A stretch of DNA of 64,000 nucleotides from a virus (Duplodnaviria > Heunggongvirae > Uroviricota > Caudoviricetes). Below are positions 18,944 to 28,769 of the stretch, one piece after another; within the stretch, counting starts at the first letter, position 1; each line of letters opens with the position of its first letter. The position numbers and the translations under genes are program-made. A model generated the notes under the pieces. That model saw only the letters and a list, made by a program, of their open reading frames with translations. It searched no databases and was not told the origin of the DNA. The stretch lies in the IMG/VR virus record IMGVR_UViG_2791355477_000007; one strand, given 5' to 3'.

Positions 18944-19726
18944 ATGGTTACAGGAATTGGTATTTTTACAGGGTTATTTAAAGTTGGTAGTTTTATAGCA
19001 AAGTTTAAATGGATTGTTCCGATATGTTTCTTAGTATATTCATTGTATTTGAGTTGGTTTAAGACATCAGTTTATGAAGAATTAACTCATAATTTGCGAA
19101 AAACTTGGTATTTTTTATTGATTTTTGCGATGGGAATTCATTTTAATGCGGTAGGTTTTAATGCAAAAGATTGGCAGGACTATCTATTGTATGTTTCTAT
19201 TTTTGTATTTGTAGATTTGGCAATTTTTCAAACACCACGAATATCAAAAATATGGGGAACCGAATTAACAGCCATTGAGAAAAATAATAAAGATTTAACG
19301 AAAACGATTGAGATGGGCAAAGCAAGAGACGCAAATTTCTCAGCAGTAATTAGAAGTATGAATCCTAATTACTTTAAGCAGGTGGATATGAATACTTCAG
19401 CTAAATACTTGAATTCTTTAGGTAGCATTATGAATTTGTATGCTAATTTATGCGATTATAAAATTGATGTTTATCAAAACAATAACCCGCAAGTATTGAT
19501 GCAACAATTAACGACTCAATATGGAATAAAGATTTCACAAGAGCAGTATGATGAGTTGAATGTTGAAAAAGGGGTGTTGCAACCAGAGACGAATATGGTA
19601 ATGGTAGCAACATCTATTGTCGAAAACATTGTAATCGTAGTAACAAGTCAAAAAAGTATAATGCTTGATAATGACATATCGAATGTATATGACCTTGCTA
19701 TTATTCATAGTTGGTTAAAAAAATAA
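18944..19726 (+). CDS. hypothetical membrane protein (260 aa)
   Basis: 4-5 N-terminal TM helices, soluble C-terminal half; RBS AGAGGTGA. Confidence 0.5.
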   Translation: MVTGIGIFTGLFKVGSFIAKFKWIVPICFLVYSLYLSWFKTSVYEELTHNLRKTWYFLLIFAMGIHFNAVGFNAKDWQDYLLYVSIFVFVDLAIFQTPRISKIWGTELTAIEKNNKDLTKTIEMGKARDANFSAVIRSMNPNYFKQVDMNTSAKYLNSLGSIMNLYANLCDYKIDVYQNNNPQVLMQQLTTQYGIKISQEQYDELNVEKGVLQPETNMVMVATSIVENIVIVVTSQKSIMLDNDISNVYDLAIIHSWLKK

Positions 19727-19767
19727 CTATATGATAGAATAATGGTAAAGGAAGTGGAGGAGATATT

Positions 19768-19947
19768 ATGAACAAAATGATGGTTATTGAAAACGAAAAA
19801 CAAATAAGAGATTCAAAAACAGAAAATATTCCCTTCTTTTTAAGCAAGGACCCAAACTGTGAGGTTGTTCAAATCCCAACGGCTTTACATACTCAACAAT
19901 TATTAACTGAAAATAAACGTTTGTTTAGCAAACTTAGAAGACGATAA
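19768..19947 (+). CDS. hypothetical small protein (59 aa, below ORF-track cutoff)
   Basis: RBS GGAGGAG; followed by hairpin AAAGCATGGttattCCATGCTTTTTT terminator 19947-19972. Confidence 0.3.
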   Translation: MNKMMVIENEKQIRDSKTENIPFFLSKDPNCEVVQIPTALHTQQLLTENKRLFSKLRRR

Positions 19948-20021
19948 AAGCATGGTTATTCCATGCTTTTTTCTTTAACATATTTTCGATTATCTAAATG
20001 AATAAAGGGAGCTGATTAAAT

Positions 20022-20315
20022 ATGGATTCACGGAAAGATTATCAATTCACTGAGAATGAATTCTTTTTCTTATCTAAAGTAAAACAGCATCCAGTGTTGT
20101 CACTTTTATTAAAAGAAAAACCACAAGTATTAATTCAAATACTTGAGAAATCTGTTCAGGAAGAGATATTTGATAAATTACCTGGGTTCAATTATCCTGA
20201 TTATATTCAAAAAGAGAAATTGGAAGTAATGGATGTACCTATGGCTAAATACACAAGAGAATTAATAGAAAAACAAGAAAAGGCTATTGATAAGCTAAAA
20301 GATGGCAATAGATGA
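20022..20315 (+). CDS. hypothetical protein (97 aa)
   Basis: RBS AAAGGGAG; no recognisable motif. Confidence 0.4.
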   Translation: MDSRKDYQFTENEFFFLSKVKQHPVLSLLLKEKPQVLIQILEKSVQEEIFDKLPGFNYPDYIQKEKLEVMDVPMAKYTRELIEKQEKAIDKLKDGNR

Positions 20316-20600
20316 AAAATTAATTTATATATGATATAGAAGGTGATAGGATGGAGAAAAAGTTTAAAAGTAATCTTTTGAAGGAGAAGCCTGTGACGTA
20401 TGCACCACACCTTAAAAATTCCCCTTCAAAAACGAAAGAATTAATTGATGAGATAAAAGTTGAAATATTAAAGATGAAAAACAAATAGCAAAGGGGCTTT
20501 TACATGAGAAAAGAGCCTCTGAAAATTTGGGGGCTCGAACCGTTTTGCTATATACAAATTTATTCTATTTCTGTAATCTAAAAGAAAGATGAAATTGTAT

Positions 20601-20840
20601 AAAGCTAAATGTTATTATAAATGTCTAAGTAAATTTTATATTTAGAATGAACTTATTGTTATTAATACTATGTATAGAAACTGTTTACTTATCAATTTTC
20701 ATCGTTTAAAAACAACTAATTGTTATTGAAATATGCACGAGAGCACACTCTGATATCTCTTATGAAGAACTTATTGTTATTAGGATGTTCGTGATTCAGT
20801 TCCGTATTCAAAATTATAAAACTTAATGTTATGAACATAA
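20601..20840 (+). repeat. array B of degenerate 19-bp repeats, 5 units
   Basis: units at 20601,20649,20713,20766,20818; preceded by GGGGGCTCGAACCGTTTTGCTATATAC at 20529; last unit extends into palindrome GTTATGAACATAAC. Confidence 0.7.
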
Positions 20841-20953
20841 CTTCTTGCTAAGAGCAAGGAGTTTTCTTTTTTTTATAACCCAAACCACAAAAGTCTATAA
20901 TAAATAAATTTATAAAATAGGTATTCATTTGAATTTATTTAGGAGGATGTAAC

Positions 20954-21508
20954 GTGGAAATGGTGTCATATATTAGTCTTATTTTTATTCTAATATGCAA
21001 AGTGTTCTTTGCAAGTAAATGTATCGTGCTTATTCATGAATTAGGTCATGCATTTTTTGTTTTCATTACAGGTAATCAAATCACTGCTATTCAAATAGGA
21101 GGAGAGAAAAAACTCTTTACTATCGGTAAACTGCAATTTCTTATAGGAGCAGGAGGACGTTGTTATTTTGAAATTGCAGATGCAAATAAAAGGAAGTATT
21201 TAATGAAAAACATTATCTCTATGGGTGGTGTTTTATTTACATTCATTTTGACAATCGTTTTAGTCGGAACAGATTCTTTTGATTTTTATCATTTTGCAAA
21301 AGGGATGATAAAAGGAGATATTACTTTTATAGAGTGTTTGGTAATGTTTGGTTTCTTAGATTTAAGAAACATCATACCGAAAACGTTTATAAATAACGAG
21401 GTTGTATATCAAACAGACGGGCATAAAGTCATACAAGACACAAAGTCTTACTTCAAACAGAGAAGGATTAGAAGACTACAAAAGAATATTATGAACTTAA
21501 TAAAATGA
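20954..21508 (+). CDS. small polytopic membrane protein with HExxH (HELGH) motif, metalloprotease-like; paralog of 39461..39946
   Basis: IHELGHAFFV in first TM region; 4 TM; AGGTATTC box and AGGAGG RBS upstream. Confidence 0.45.
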   Translation: MEMVSYISLIFILICKVFFASKCIVLIHELGHAFFVFITGNQITAIQIGGEKKLFTIGKLQFLIGAGGRCYFEIADANKRKYLMKNIISMGGVLFTFILTIVLVGTDSFDFYHFAKGMIKGDITFIECLVMFGFLDLRNIIPKTFINNEVVYQTDGHKVIQDTKSYFKQRRIRRLQKNIMNLIK

Positions 21509-21509
21509 A

Positions 21510-21548
21510 GAAGAACACGAAAAATCCCACTATGTTCTTCTTTTTTGT
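21510..21548 (+). terminator. rho-independent terminator
   Basis: AAGAAGAACA..TGTTCTTCTT hairpin + TTTTTT. Confidence 0.55.
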
Positions 21549-21775
21549 CCCATAAACAGTGAATTTCATGTGAAACAGAGCTATTTTAGCTACCTAAACA
21601 TGCGAAATAGAGAGAGTCATGGAAAACAACGGGTGTTTTCATAAAATGAGGCCATCTTTTTTCACTTCAATATAGACGTAATTACTATAAGGGAAGACGA
21701 GCGAATTAGGTACACAGACCTTAACTGTGTATGTAATAGTCTTCTATTACTTATAGAAAACAGGAGGTGTAACGT

Positions 21776-21844
21776 ATGTTGTATACATTAGTAGGGTTGA
21801 TTTTAATTGCTTTGTGTCTGTGGGAATTGTTAAGAAGCTTCTAA
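21776..21844 (+). CDS. candidate 22-aa hydrophobic peptide (MLYTLVGLILIALCLWELLRSF)
   Basis: strong RBS CAGGAGGTG 7 nt before ATG in otherwise non-coding 470-bp gap; single TM-length peptide. Confidence 0.3.
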   Translation: MLYTLVGLILIALCLWELLRSF

Positions 21845-21974
21845 GAGTATAGTGTTTTAGTAGAAGAACCAGTATCTATATAGGTATTGGTTCTTTGCTA
21901 TGTAATTGTCTATAAATCTATTAGAGTAAGAAAAAAGACACCTTATAAAGTGTCTTTCCCCTGTATATCAATAA

Positions 21975-22322
21975 TTACTGCATGTGTTTTGTTAAATGAC
22001 CAGAATATTTAACTTTCCACCAATCATCGTGTTTACCCCAATGCTCAACAGACTCCTTGTATATTTTCCCAGAATAGCCATCTTTCGTTACAGAGAACAC
22101 TTTAGGTATATCAGCGGCCATTATATACTCTTTCTTTGTGTAGTATCTATATTCAGTGTGTAGTCTTTGGGGAGCTAAAGTAGATATTGTAGACTCAAAC
22201 TGAATTTGTGAGTTTAATTGAGGTAAAAGTGGTGATGTAGTAACCTCTTCTGCACTGGAAACGCTCGCAATACCAAAAGACAATCCTAACGTTGAAGCAA
22301 CAGCGATAATCTTTTTAAACAT
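21975..22322 (-). CDS. secreted hypothetical protein
   Basis: signal peptide MFKKIIAVASTLGLSFGIASVSSA. Confidence 0.5.
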   Translation of the reverse strand: MFKKIIAVASTLGLSFGIASVSSAEEVTTSPLLPQLNSQIQFESTISTLAPQRLHTEYRYYTKKEYIMAADIPKVFSVTKDGYSGKIYKESVEHWGKHDDWWKVKYSGHLTKHMQ

Positions 22323-22540
22323 TGTAAAATAATACCTCCTTTGGGATATGTTGATGTACCCTCAGGTTAACATCGGCTGTCATATTGGTAAATTGATAAA
22401 ATATTTACAAAATATTCCTAATATTAACTCTTTTTATTATCGTTATGATGATTAGGCAAAATGAGTATCATTGTGTAAAAGAATGAATTGAGATGATTAT
22501 GTTCATAATGAGAAAAATGTTGATTGAATGAGGTGTCTTT

Positions 22541-22765
22541 ATGAGTGCAGAAGAAATGAAAGAAAACTTACAACCGTATGTGATTGAAAATATGAGAAGG
22601 ATTGCCTTTTTAAAGAAGCAATTAAAAGCAAATAAAGAAAATAAACCTGAAGCAAAAAGGATAAGAATGATGATAGAAGCAGAAGTAGAGCGATTAGAGT
22701 GTAAGGATTTCTTGGTTCGTTTAAGTTATGCCATGGAAGAAGCATCGAAGGAAATGGACGGATAA
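22541..22765 (+). CDS. hypothetical small helical protein (74 aa)
   Basis: RBS GAGGTG; immediately followed by the conserved GGGGGTCGAACC element and array C. Confidence 0.35.
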   Translation: MSAEEMKENLQPYVIENMRRIAFLKKQLKANKENKPEAKRIRMMIEAEVERLECKDFLVRLSYAMEEASKEMDG

Positions 22766-22853
22766 TTTTTAGGGGGTCGAACCGTTTATCTATATGCAAG
22801 GAGTTATTGTGGGTGTAAAATGATAAATATCAAGATGGTAAATGGCAGTTAAT

Positions 22854-23437
22854 GAAAACTTTTTGTTATTATAAGCAAGGAACTGGCAGTATTCTTGAAG
22901 TTTGTATAAGGAACTAAATGTTATTAAAAAATGAAAAGTACAATAGTAACCATATCAGCAAATAAACAATTATATAGAACTATATGTTATTGAAATAACG
23001 TTTTTCGTATCGTATGAGTACATTTTAAAGTTAAAACTTATTGTTATTAGAATTAACAACAAATGAGACGATGCCCAATGTACAAAGAACTTACTGTTAT
23101 TAAAAAGTTAAAGCATAAACGAAAGAGTTAGCCATCTTATTAGTTGTAGAACTATATGTTATTGGAATCTTATTCCTTCATCTCTTAAGATAAATTATGA
23201 ATAAACTGAGTGTTATTAAAACGTTAAAGAGTAAACGATGGAATTAGTAATGGTACTAATAGATTAACTAATTGTTATTAAGATATACTGAAACCACCCG
23301 AAAAATATATAGAACTAAGTGTTATTAGAATTCTGCATCCAAGGGCATGAATATTCTATTAAATTAAACTAATTGTTATTGAAATACGTCTCTTTTTATG
23401 CGTATGACATTTGAAGTTGAACTATATGTTATAAAAA
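22854..23437 (+). repeat. array C of degenerate 19-bp repeats, 11 units, abutting 3' end of integrase gene
   Basis: units at 22854,22910,22975,23030,23085,23148,23203,23262,23312,23365,23419; invariant AACT..TGTTAT; inter-unit sequences pairwise similar (e.g. units 5/7 and 3/10). Confidence 0.75.
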
Positions 23438-23462
23438 AGAATGAGCAGAGTGAATTCTCTGC

Positions 23463-24629
23463 TCATTTTAATTCTGCCATTAATTCATTTATATCCATCC
23501 CTAACTTATCTGCAAGTTGCTCCAGTTTAGATAATTGAATGGAATCATTACTTGTCTTTTTTTTCGTGTATTCATAATCAAACTGCTTCATGGATTCGGA
23601 GACACGTTCTTGAGAAGGGTCCGCATAAAACCTTCGAGTTGTTTCCGCAGAGCCGTGTCCGAGTACCTGTGCAGTCAAATACATATCCTGATAAGTATTG
23701 TAATGATTTGTTCCAAATGTACGTCTAAAAACATGGGGTGTTATCTTTATATCTAAACCACTACGAACTCTATATTTCTCCAACATTAAACGAACTGTTC
23801 TTTCATTCATCCGTTTTTTATGAAGGGAAACAAATAGGGCCTTTGCATCTTCTTTTTTTACATCGGTTAATTTCTTTCTCTCCACAAGATAATCTGTTAA
23901 ATCATCAAGAATCCTTCCTGGCATCGGGATAGCTTGTTCATCTCCACCCTTTCGAATGACAACAAGCATCTGCTTTTCTATATATACATCATCTATATCC
24001 AACTGAACCAATTCGGATACTCGAATACCTGTGTAAGCCATAGTTAATACCATAATGTAATCTCTAAATTTAACCTTTTTATGAAAATTTTCTTTTCTTG
24101 AGTTTTCGATATGTACATCTTCTACAATTGTTTTGAAGAATCGTTCAATATCTCCAGGACTTAATCTATTTTTAATTTTCGCTTTGGTAGGTACTTTCAT
24201 TTCTATACCTGCTGTTACATCTTTGGATAATCGCTTTTGCTTAAATAAATACCCAAAAAACTTATGTAAAGTAGCAAGTTTTCTTGATTTCCCACTGGAT
24301 GTATTCGTGAATTCTTGTGTGGTTTCTTTACCTTTTGAAGTGAAAAAGGTTTTTGAATAATGTGTTAAGTAATCCATAAAATCAATAATATCTCTATCTC
24401 GTAAAGAATCTAAATCTACTGTTGTAATATCCCTGGTATGGCTTGCTGAAACTTTGTTATCGAGCAGAAGAAAATCAAAAAATAGATTCAGGTCTTTAGC
24501 ATATTCGATACGAGTGTTTAATTCTTTTGATGTTTCTAATGAATAAATGAAGTCCACTGCACAGTCAGGAAGAGAGAGGAGCTTTTTTCGTAATTTCTCT
24601 TGACGTTTAATTTCAATATCCTTCTTCAT
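23463..24629 (-). CDS. tyrosine site-specific recombinase/integrase
   Basis: box I AYTGIRVSELVQLDIDDV; box II HVFRRTF...LGHGSAETTRRFY (R-H-R-Y catalytic residues). Confidence 0.85.
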   Translation of the reverse strand: MKKDIEIKRQEKLRKKLLSLPDCAVDFIYSLETSKELNTRIEYAKDLNLFFDFLLLDNKVSASHTRDITTVDLDSLRDRDIIDFMDYLTHYSKTFFTSKGKETTQEFTNTSSGKSRKLATLHKFFGYLFKQKRLSKDVTAGIEMKVPTKAKIKNRLSPGDIERFFKTIVEDVHIENSRKENFHKKVKFRDYIMVLTMAYTGIRVSELVQLDIDDVYIEKQMLVVIRKGGDEQAIPMPGRILDDLTDYLVERKKLTDVKKEDAKALFVSLHKKRMNERTVRLMLEKYRVRSGLDIKITPHVFRRTFGTNHYNTYQDMYLTAQVLGHGSAETTRRFYADPSQERVSESMKQFDYEYTKKKTSNDSIQLSKLEQLADKLGMDINELMAELK

Positions 24630-25239
24630 GTTTAAACCTCCTCAGGTTATAGAATGCTTCTATTTGAAACAAAACCTTTTTTTAGAATTGTAAGTCCATA
24701 AAAAATCTCTTTTCGTATTACGAAATAGTAGGGAAGAGAATCTTTTAATATCGAGTGAATAAAAATACTTAATAAATGCATTTTCTTACAGAATGTTCGG
24801 GGTTTATATTTTTAAAAGTGAATAAAAATAAATAACACCGAAGTTGATAGAAGGGAGGAGACCTCCAAAATTCACGCCATATTAAAAAGATGACGACTCT
24901 ATTTTTCTATCTCATAAAAAGATTCAAAAATAGGGAGGGCTTAATTCATACATTTCTCATGTGTAACATTTATCGTTATGTTCATAACTTTTAAAAGTTA
25001 AACATCTGAGAAAATTCTTTCCCAACACTAATATACAATAGAAGTGTGGAAAAAACAAGAACTAATGTTCGATTTATTCCGAAAAATACTATTTTCGACA
25101 TATTTTTACAATAGTTGATAATAAAAATAGAGACTCCTTTAGAATCTCTATGAAATTATTTGTGTAGATGCTCGTAGAGGAAGTAGTGTATCCATTTACG
25201 TTTTAAATGAGGTTACATATACGATTAAAAAGGGTTGTC

Positions 25240-25677
25240 TTATTCAATCGGTTGCAATTGAACCCAATGGTCCCATGAATAGTGTTGTACATGTTTGTAA
25301 GGTGCTGTATGTACTGGAAGGATAGATAGCTTTTGAATAGAGTGATTGGGGAAAAATTGAGCTAATGTTAAATCTACATAAAATTCCTCTCCGATAAGAA
25401 TCCAAGTGTGATGTTGTTGAGATACATACCCTTCACAAATGCGAATAGTATTAAGTGCAGATTCTTTATTTTCAATTGCCGATGCTAATTTATATAAGAT
25501 ATACATTGTTGCTTGTCTGCAAGCTAAATGAGTTGCTTCTGCATAGGGGACGGATGTACTTCTCTGACACTGTGTAAGAAATTCATCTATATCTATTACA
25601 GAGAGTATTTGTGTGTATATAGGGTTTTGCCTGATTTGAACATCATGAATGTAAATAAATTCGTTTAGAAAATCCAT
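25240..25677 (-). CDS. hypothetical protein (145 aa)
   Basis: ORF + terminator hairpin ATAGAGAcTCCTTTagaaTCTCTAT downstream at ~25125. Confidence 0.4.
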   Translation of the reverse strand: MDFLNEFIYIHDVQIRQNPIYTQILSVIDIDEFLTQCQRSTSVPYAEATHLACRQATMYILYKLASAIENKESALNTIRICEGYVSQQHHTWILIGEEFYVDLTLAQFFPNHSIQKLSILPVHTAPYKHVQHYSWDHWVQLQPIE

Positions 25678-25873
25678 TTGTATCTCCTTTAAAAAGAGGT
25701 TTTATATGTAAGTATTCCCAAGTTAAAAAAAATAAATTCTATCTGTTCAGAAATATAATTCCTAATATTCCCAAAATACAGATAAATATTTCTACAGTTG
25801 TAATATATTAACATTAAAGTAAATTATGTTACAGTTGATATGTAAGTTATAAAACTATCAAGGGGGAATTAGT

Positions 25874-26218
25874 ATGTTTAAGAAATTAGTAGTTGGAACA
25901 TTAGCAACTGGTATCGTATTAACGGGAGGAATTGGTTCTGCATCGGCAAGTACAGAAGGTGTAGAGAATACAAAACAAGTGGCACCAATTGCACAAAAAA
26001 TTAAATTAGAAACAAACTACTCATCAACTAACAATCAGTATGGTTTCACTTATACTTGGGACTCAAATCGCCAAGTTTATAAAACTTATGATTTCTATAG
26101 ACATGATGGTGTGTTTGCGAGCTATTTTGAGAGCGAAGGAATCAAATGGTACTTCAAAGGGAAAGTTAGAGACTTACCAGGTGGCGGTGCATTAGGTCAT
26201 TATGAAGGTAAAAAATAA
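25874..26218 (+). CDS. secreted hypothetical protein
   Basis: signal peptide MFKKLVVGTLATGIVLTGGIGSASA; RBS AAGGGGGAA; hairpin terminator 26229-26256. Confidence 0.5.
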   Translation: MFKKLVVGTLATGIVLTGGIGSASASTEGVENTKQVAPIAQKIKLETNYSSTNNQYGFTYTWDSNRQVYKTYDFYRHDGVFASYFESEGIKWYFKGKVRDLPGGGALGHYEGKK

Positions 26219-26311
26219 AGTTTGATAAAAAAGACACTCAATTGAGTGTCTTTTCGTGACTTGAACCACTTTTAATAATATAAATTTCATTTTAGTCTAT
26301 ATATGAAGATT

Positions 26312-26806
26312 TTAAACTTCATTACCTTCAGAAATAAGTTTTACATATAACTCTTTCCAAAGTGATAGTAATTTGTCATCATCCATATCTGAGGGTAACT
26401 CAATTCGATAACCTTTTTGTAAATAGCAATCGACATTATCATGAAAATTAAGTTTTAATTTTGTAGCAACTGATTGAACACGTTTTTTTCTTTCTATATC
26501 TTCAGTTTCCTTGAACACCAGAACAGGAGCAAAACTAAACTTAGCATGAGTATGTTCTGATTTTATTCCTGAACAAGAAGATAATGTTTGAAATCCTTTT
26601 TGATTTAAAGATTGAACGATAGGGGCAATGCTTTTATCTATTAGTCCAATGCCATCTACATGTACTGCATCTCCACCTTGATATAAACCTAATAGTAAAT
26701 CAATAAAATCCTCATCTGTATTCGGTGGAGCTTGATTCTTTAGTTCTTTGGCATATTCTTTTACTTGTTCCATAGACTCAAATATATCTTTATTGGCCAT
26801 AATCAA
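26312..26806 (-). CDS. hypothetical protein (164 aa)
   Basis: ORF in a 10-gene co-directional cluster; no motif recognised. Confidence 0.4.
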   Translation of the reverse strand: MIMANKDIFESMEQVKEYAKELKNQAPPNTDEDFIDLLLGLYQGGDAVHVDGIGLIDKSIAPIVQSLNQKGFQTLSSCSGIKSEHTHAKFSFAPVLVFKETEDIERKKRVQSVATKLKLNFHDNVDCYLQKGYRIELPSDMDDDKLLSLWKELYVKLISEGNEV

Positions 26807-26843
26807 ACTCCTTTCTATGAAATAGATAAAAAACTAAGTGCGT

Positions 26844-27119
26844 TTATAATTGATTTCGGAAAGCTTCATTCTTTGTTATAACTTTTATATCTATTATTTC
26901 TCCAATTAATGATTCGATTTTATCGTCTATTTTATTAGCAGAAATAACTTTTACTGTAATAGGGTTCGTATTCTCATCTGTTTGTATATCCCAAATTATC
27001 CCTGGAGCAGAGTACATCTCAGCAGTTAATTTCATAATACCTACCGCAAGTTTATCAGGATTTTCAAATCCAGAAATAGTGTATTCAATTCCCTCAACAT
27101 TTTTCACTATTTGATTCAC
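26844..27119 (-). CDS. hypothetical protein (91 aa)
   Basis: ORF, cluster member. Confidence 0.35.
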   Translation of the reverse strand: MNQIVKNVEGIEYTISGFENPDKLAVGIMKLTAEMYSAPGIIWDIQTDENTNPITVKVISANKIDDKIESLIGEIIDIKVITKNEAFRNQL

Positions 27120-27191
27120 CTCATAACTTTTTACTTAACACGATTTCTCATAAAATCATATCACATCTCATAAATTATGTGGTAATGCTAT

Positions 27192-27818
27192 TTAATAGGG
27201 CGTTTGCTTCGTATTACCTGGTTTATCTGTCGGATGCATGTAACCTTGTTTAAGGTCAGGAATCACTTCATATAAGTCTTCTGCATCGTTTAGTAGTTCT
27301 TCAATTTTAGGGATTTGCAATTCTCTCATTCTTGAATAAAAATCTTTATCTATCTGAACAAAAGAGTAATAGCCTCTATTATCTTTAATTCTATATAATA
27401 CGTTGTAAACTTTAAAAGCACGATTTCTATCTTCAGCATCAGGATAAGGGATGATATCTTTAATTGATTCCTCAATTTCCTCCACACGCGTCTTCATTTC
27501 TTGTAAGCGATTAGGTTCCCAATGACTTAAGTCATTTTCCTTTGGGTCTAAAACGCTATTTGTATCCATATGGAAAGGGCTATTTTTATCATTTTCTTCA
27601 CAGGTTTCACAATGGAAGCTTACAATATGAACGTCCTTAATAGCGTAGTCTTTCCAAATTCTTCGATAAATCTCTTGAATAACTGCTTGTGGAAGAACTT
27701 CCTGTGTACTGCATTCTACAGAATAACCGTGGTTTTCACCGATTCTTTTTGCTGTTTTACCAATAAATGATTCCCAGGTTACCAGTAGAGTGTTTAATTC
27801 TTTTTCATTGCATTCCAT
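27192..27818 (-). CDS. hypothetical protein (208 aa)
   Basis: ORF, cluster member; Cys pairs (CETCEEN) maybe metal-binding. Confidence 0.4.
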   Translation of the reverse strand: MECNEKELNTLLVTWESFIGKTAKRIGENHGYSVECSTQEVLPQAVIQEIYRRIWKDYAIKDVHIVSFHCETCEENDKNSPFHMDTNSVLDPKENDLSHWEPNRLQEMKTRVEEIEESIKDIIPYPDAEDRNRAFKVYNVLYRIKDNRGYYSFVQIDKDFYSRMRELQIPKIEELLNDAEDLYEVIPDLKQGYMHPTDKPGNTKQTPY

Positions 27819-27845
27819 AGTAGAACTACCTCATTTCTATGTATC

Positions 27846-28121
27846 TTATAGTTTCTTTAGTAATTTCATTAATTTCTCTTTTAATAATTCAGTGGAAGCA
27901 GAACTATCATCATACCAACCATTTACATCGCCTTCATCATAAATCTCATACTGTTTTAAATCATTCGTATCTACAATGTGATAGAAATCAAATTTCTGAA
28001 TCCATTCGTTCATTTTTACTTCGAATTCTTTTATGGTACTAAATGCAAATAAAAAATCATTGAACCCACCAGAAGGGAAGCTTTTATTAAACGCAAATAG
28101 CATAAAACGTTTTTGTTCCAT
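27846..28121 (-). CDS. hypothetical protein (91 aa)
   Basis: ORF, cluster member. Confidence 0.35.
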   Translation of the reverse strand: MEQKRFMLFAFNKSFPSGGFNDFLFAFSTIKEFEVKMNEWIQKFDFYHIVDTNDLKQYEIYDEGDVNGWYDDSSASTELLKEKLMKLLKKL

Positions 28122-28147
28122 GTTTCTTAACTCCTTATTTTTTCAAG

Positions 28148-28252
28148 ATTGAATTATTTCTTTTTGCTTTACAGGATTTACAGAACTTACACAGACGAGT
28201 TTTTGATTCCTTATCCGTATAATTGCCTTTACATATTGCACAAATCTTCATA
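28148..28252 (-). CDS. candidate 34-aa zinc-ribbon peptide (MKICAICKGNYTDKESKTRLCKFCKSCKAKRNNSIL)
   Basis: CxxC...CxxCxxC spacing; fills the gap between two ORFs of the same strand; below ORF-track cutoff. Confidence 0.3.
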
Positions 28253-28323
28253 TCTGCACCTCATTAGATAAAGAAAGAGACATTTGTATTGAGAATCAAC
28301 CGATAAATGTCTCTTTCTTATAA

Positions 28324-28701
28324 TTAATTGGTTAAATTGCTTATTTCTTTAGGTAAGTCATGATTTTCAGTATTATTGCCTATAATTTCGAATCGGTCCG
28401 CTAAATCATTTAAATAAAAGTAACTTTGATATCCTTTTACTTTAACAGCCATAAAAGCACCTTTATCCTCTCGAAAAACAACTTTTCTTAATTCTCCACG
28501 CCAATAAAATAAATCACCATTATATGCTTCTTTACTATTTTTATCATTGATTCCTGTATATTGTCCCATAGAACCTAATTCGCACTCAATAGGAGTTGAA
28601 TTGGTATACAGAAGAGCTTTATCATCACTAACTTTCCATCCATAACCATAATGCCAACTGTTGGTTTCTAAAGAGAATCCTCTAAATTTAGGCTGATTCA
28701 A
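28324..28701 (-). CDS. YopX-like phage protein
   Basis: N-terminal PKFRGF... and C-terminal FEIIGNNTEN resemble YopX family (SPbeta) KFRAW.../IIGNI.ENPEL signatures. Confidence 0.45.
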   Translation of the reverse strand: MNQPKFRGFSLETNSWHYGYGWKVSDDKALLYTNSTPIECELGSMGQYTGINDKNSKEAYNGDLFYWRGELRKVVFREDKGAFMAVKVKGYQSYFYLNDLADRFEIIGNNTENHDLPKEISNLTN

Positions 28702-28769
28702 TGCATTTCCTCCTAATCATTAGTTTATGAAATATTTTTCACTTAACTATTGAATTGTTATAGAATTTA

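Larger units (their letters stand above)
20828..24988. mobile_element. candidate small integrase-bearing module delimited by GTTATGwwCATAAC palindromes
   Basis: GTTATGAACATAAC at 20828-20841 and GTTATGTTCATAAC at 24975-24988 bracket HELGH gene, secreted protein, array C and the tyrosine recombinase; speculative. Confidence 0.2.

Noticed and set aside
20529-22797. GGGGGTCGAACC / GGTTCGACCCCC element as a tRNA 3' fragment (T-arm like GGTTCGAATCC)
   Set aside because: No acceptor-stem/CCA context and no cloverleaf can be drawn. The element is better explained as a conserved leader of the repeat arrays.
22773-24629. Calling a classical integron (intI + attC cassette array)
   Set aside because: Array lies at the 3' end of the recombinase gene rather than divergent from its 5' end. 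Units lack GTTRRRY core sites and carry no cassettes. Kept only as a loose analogy.
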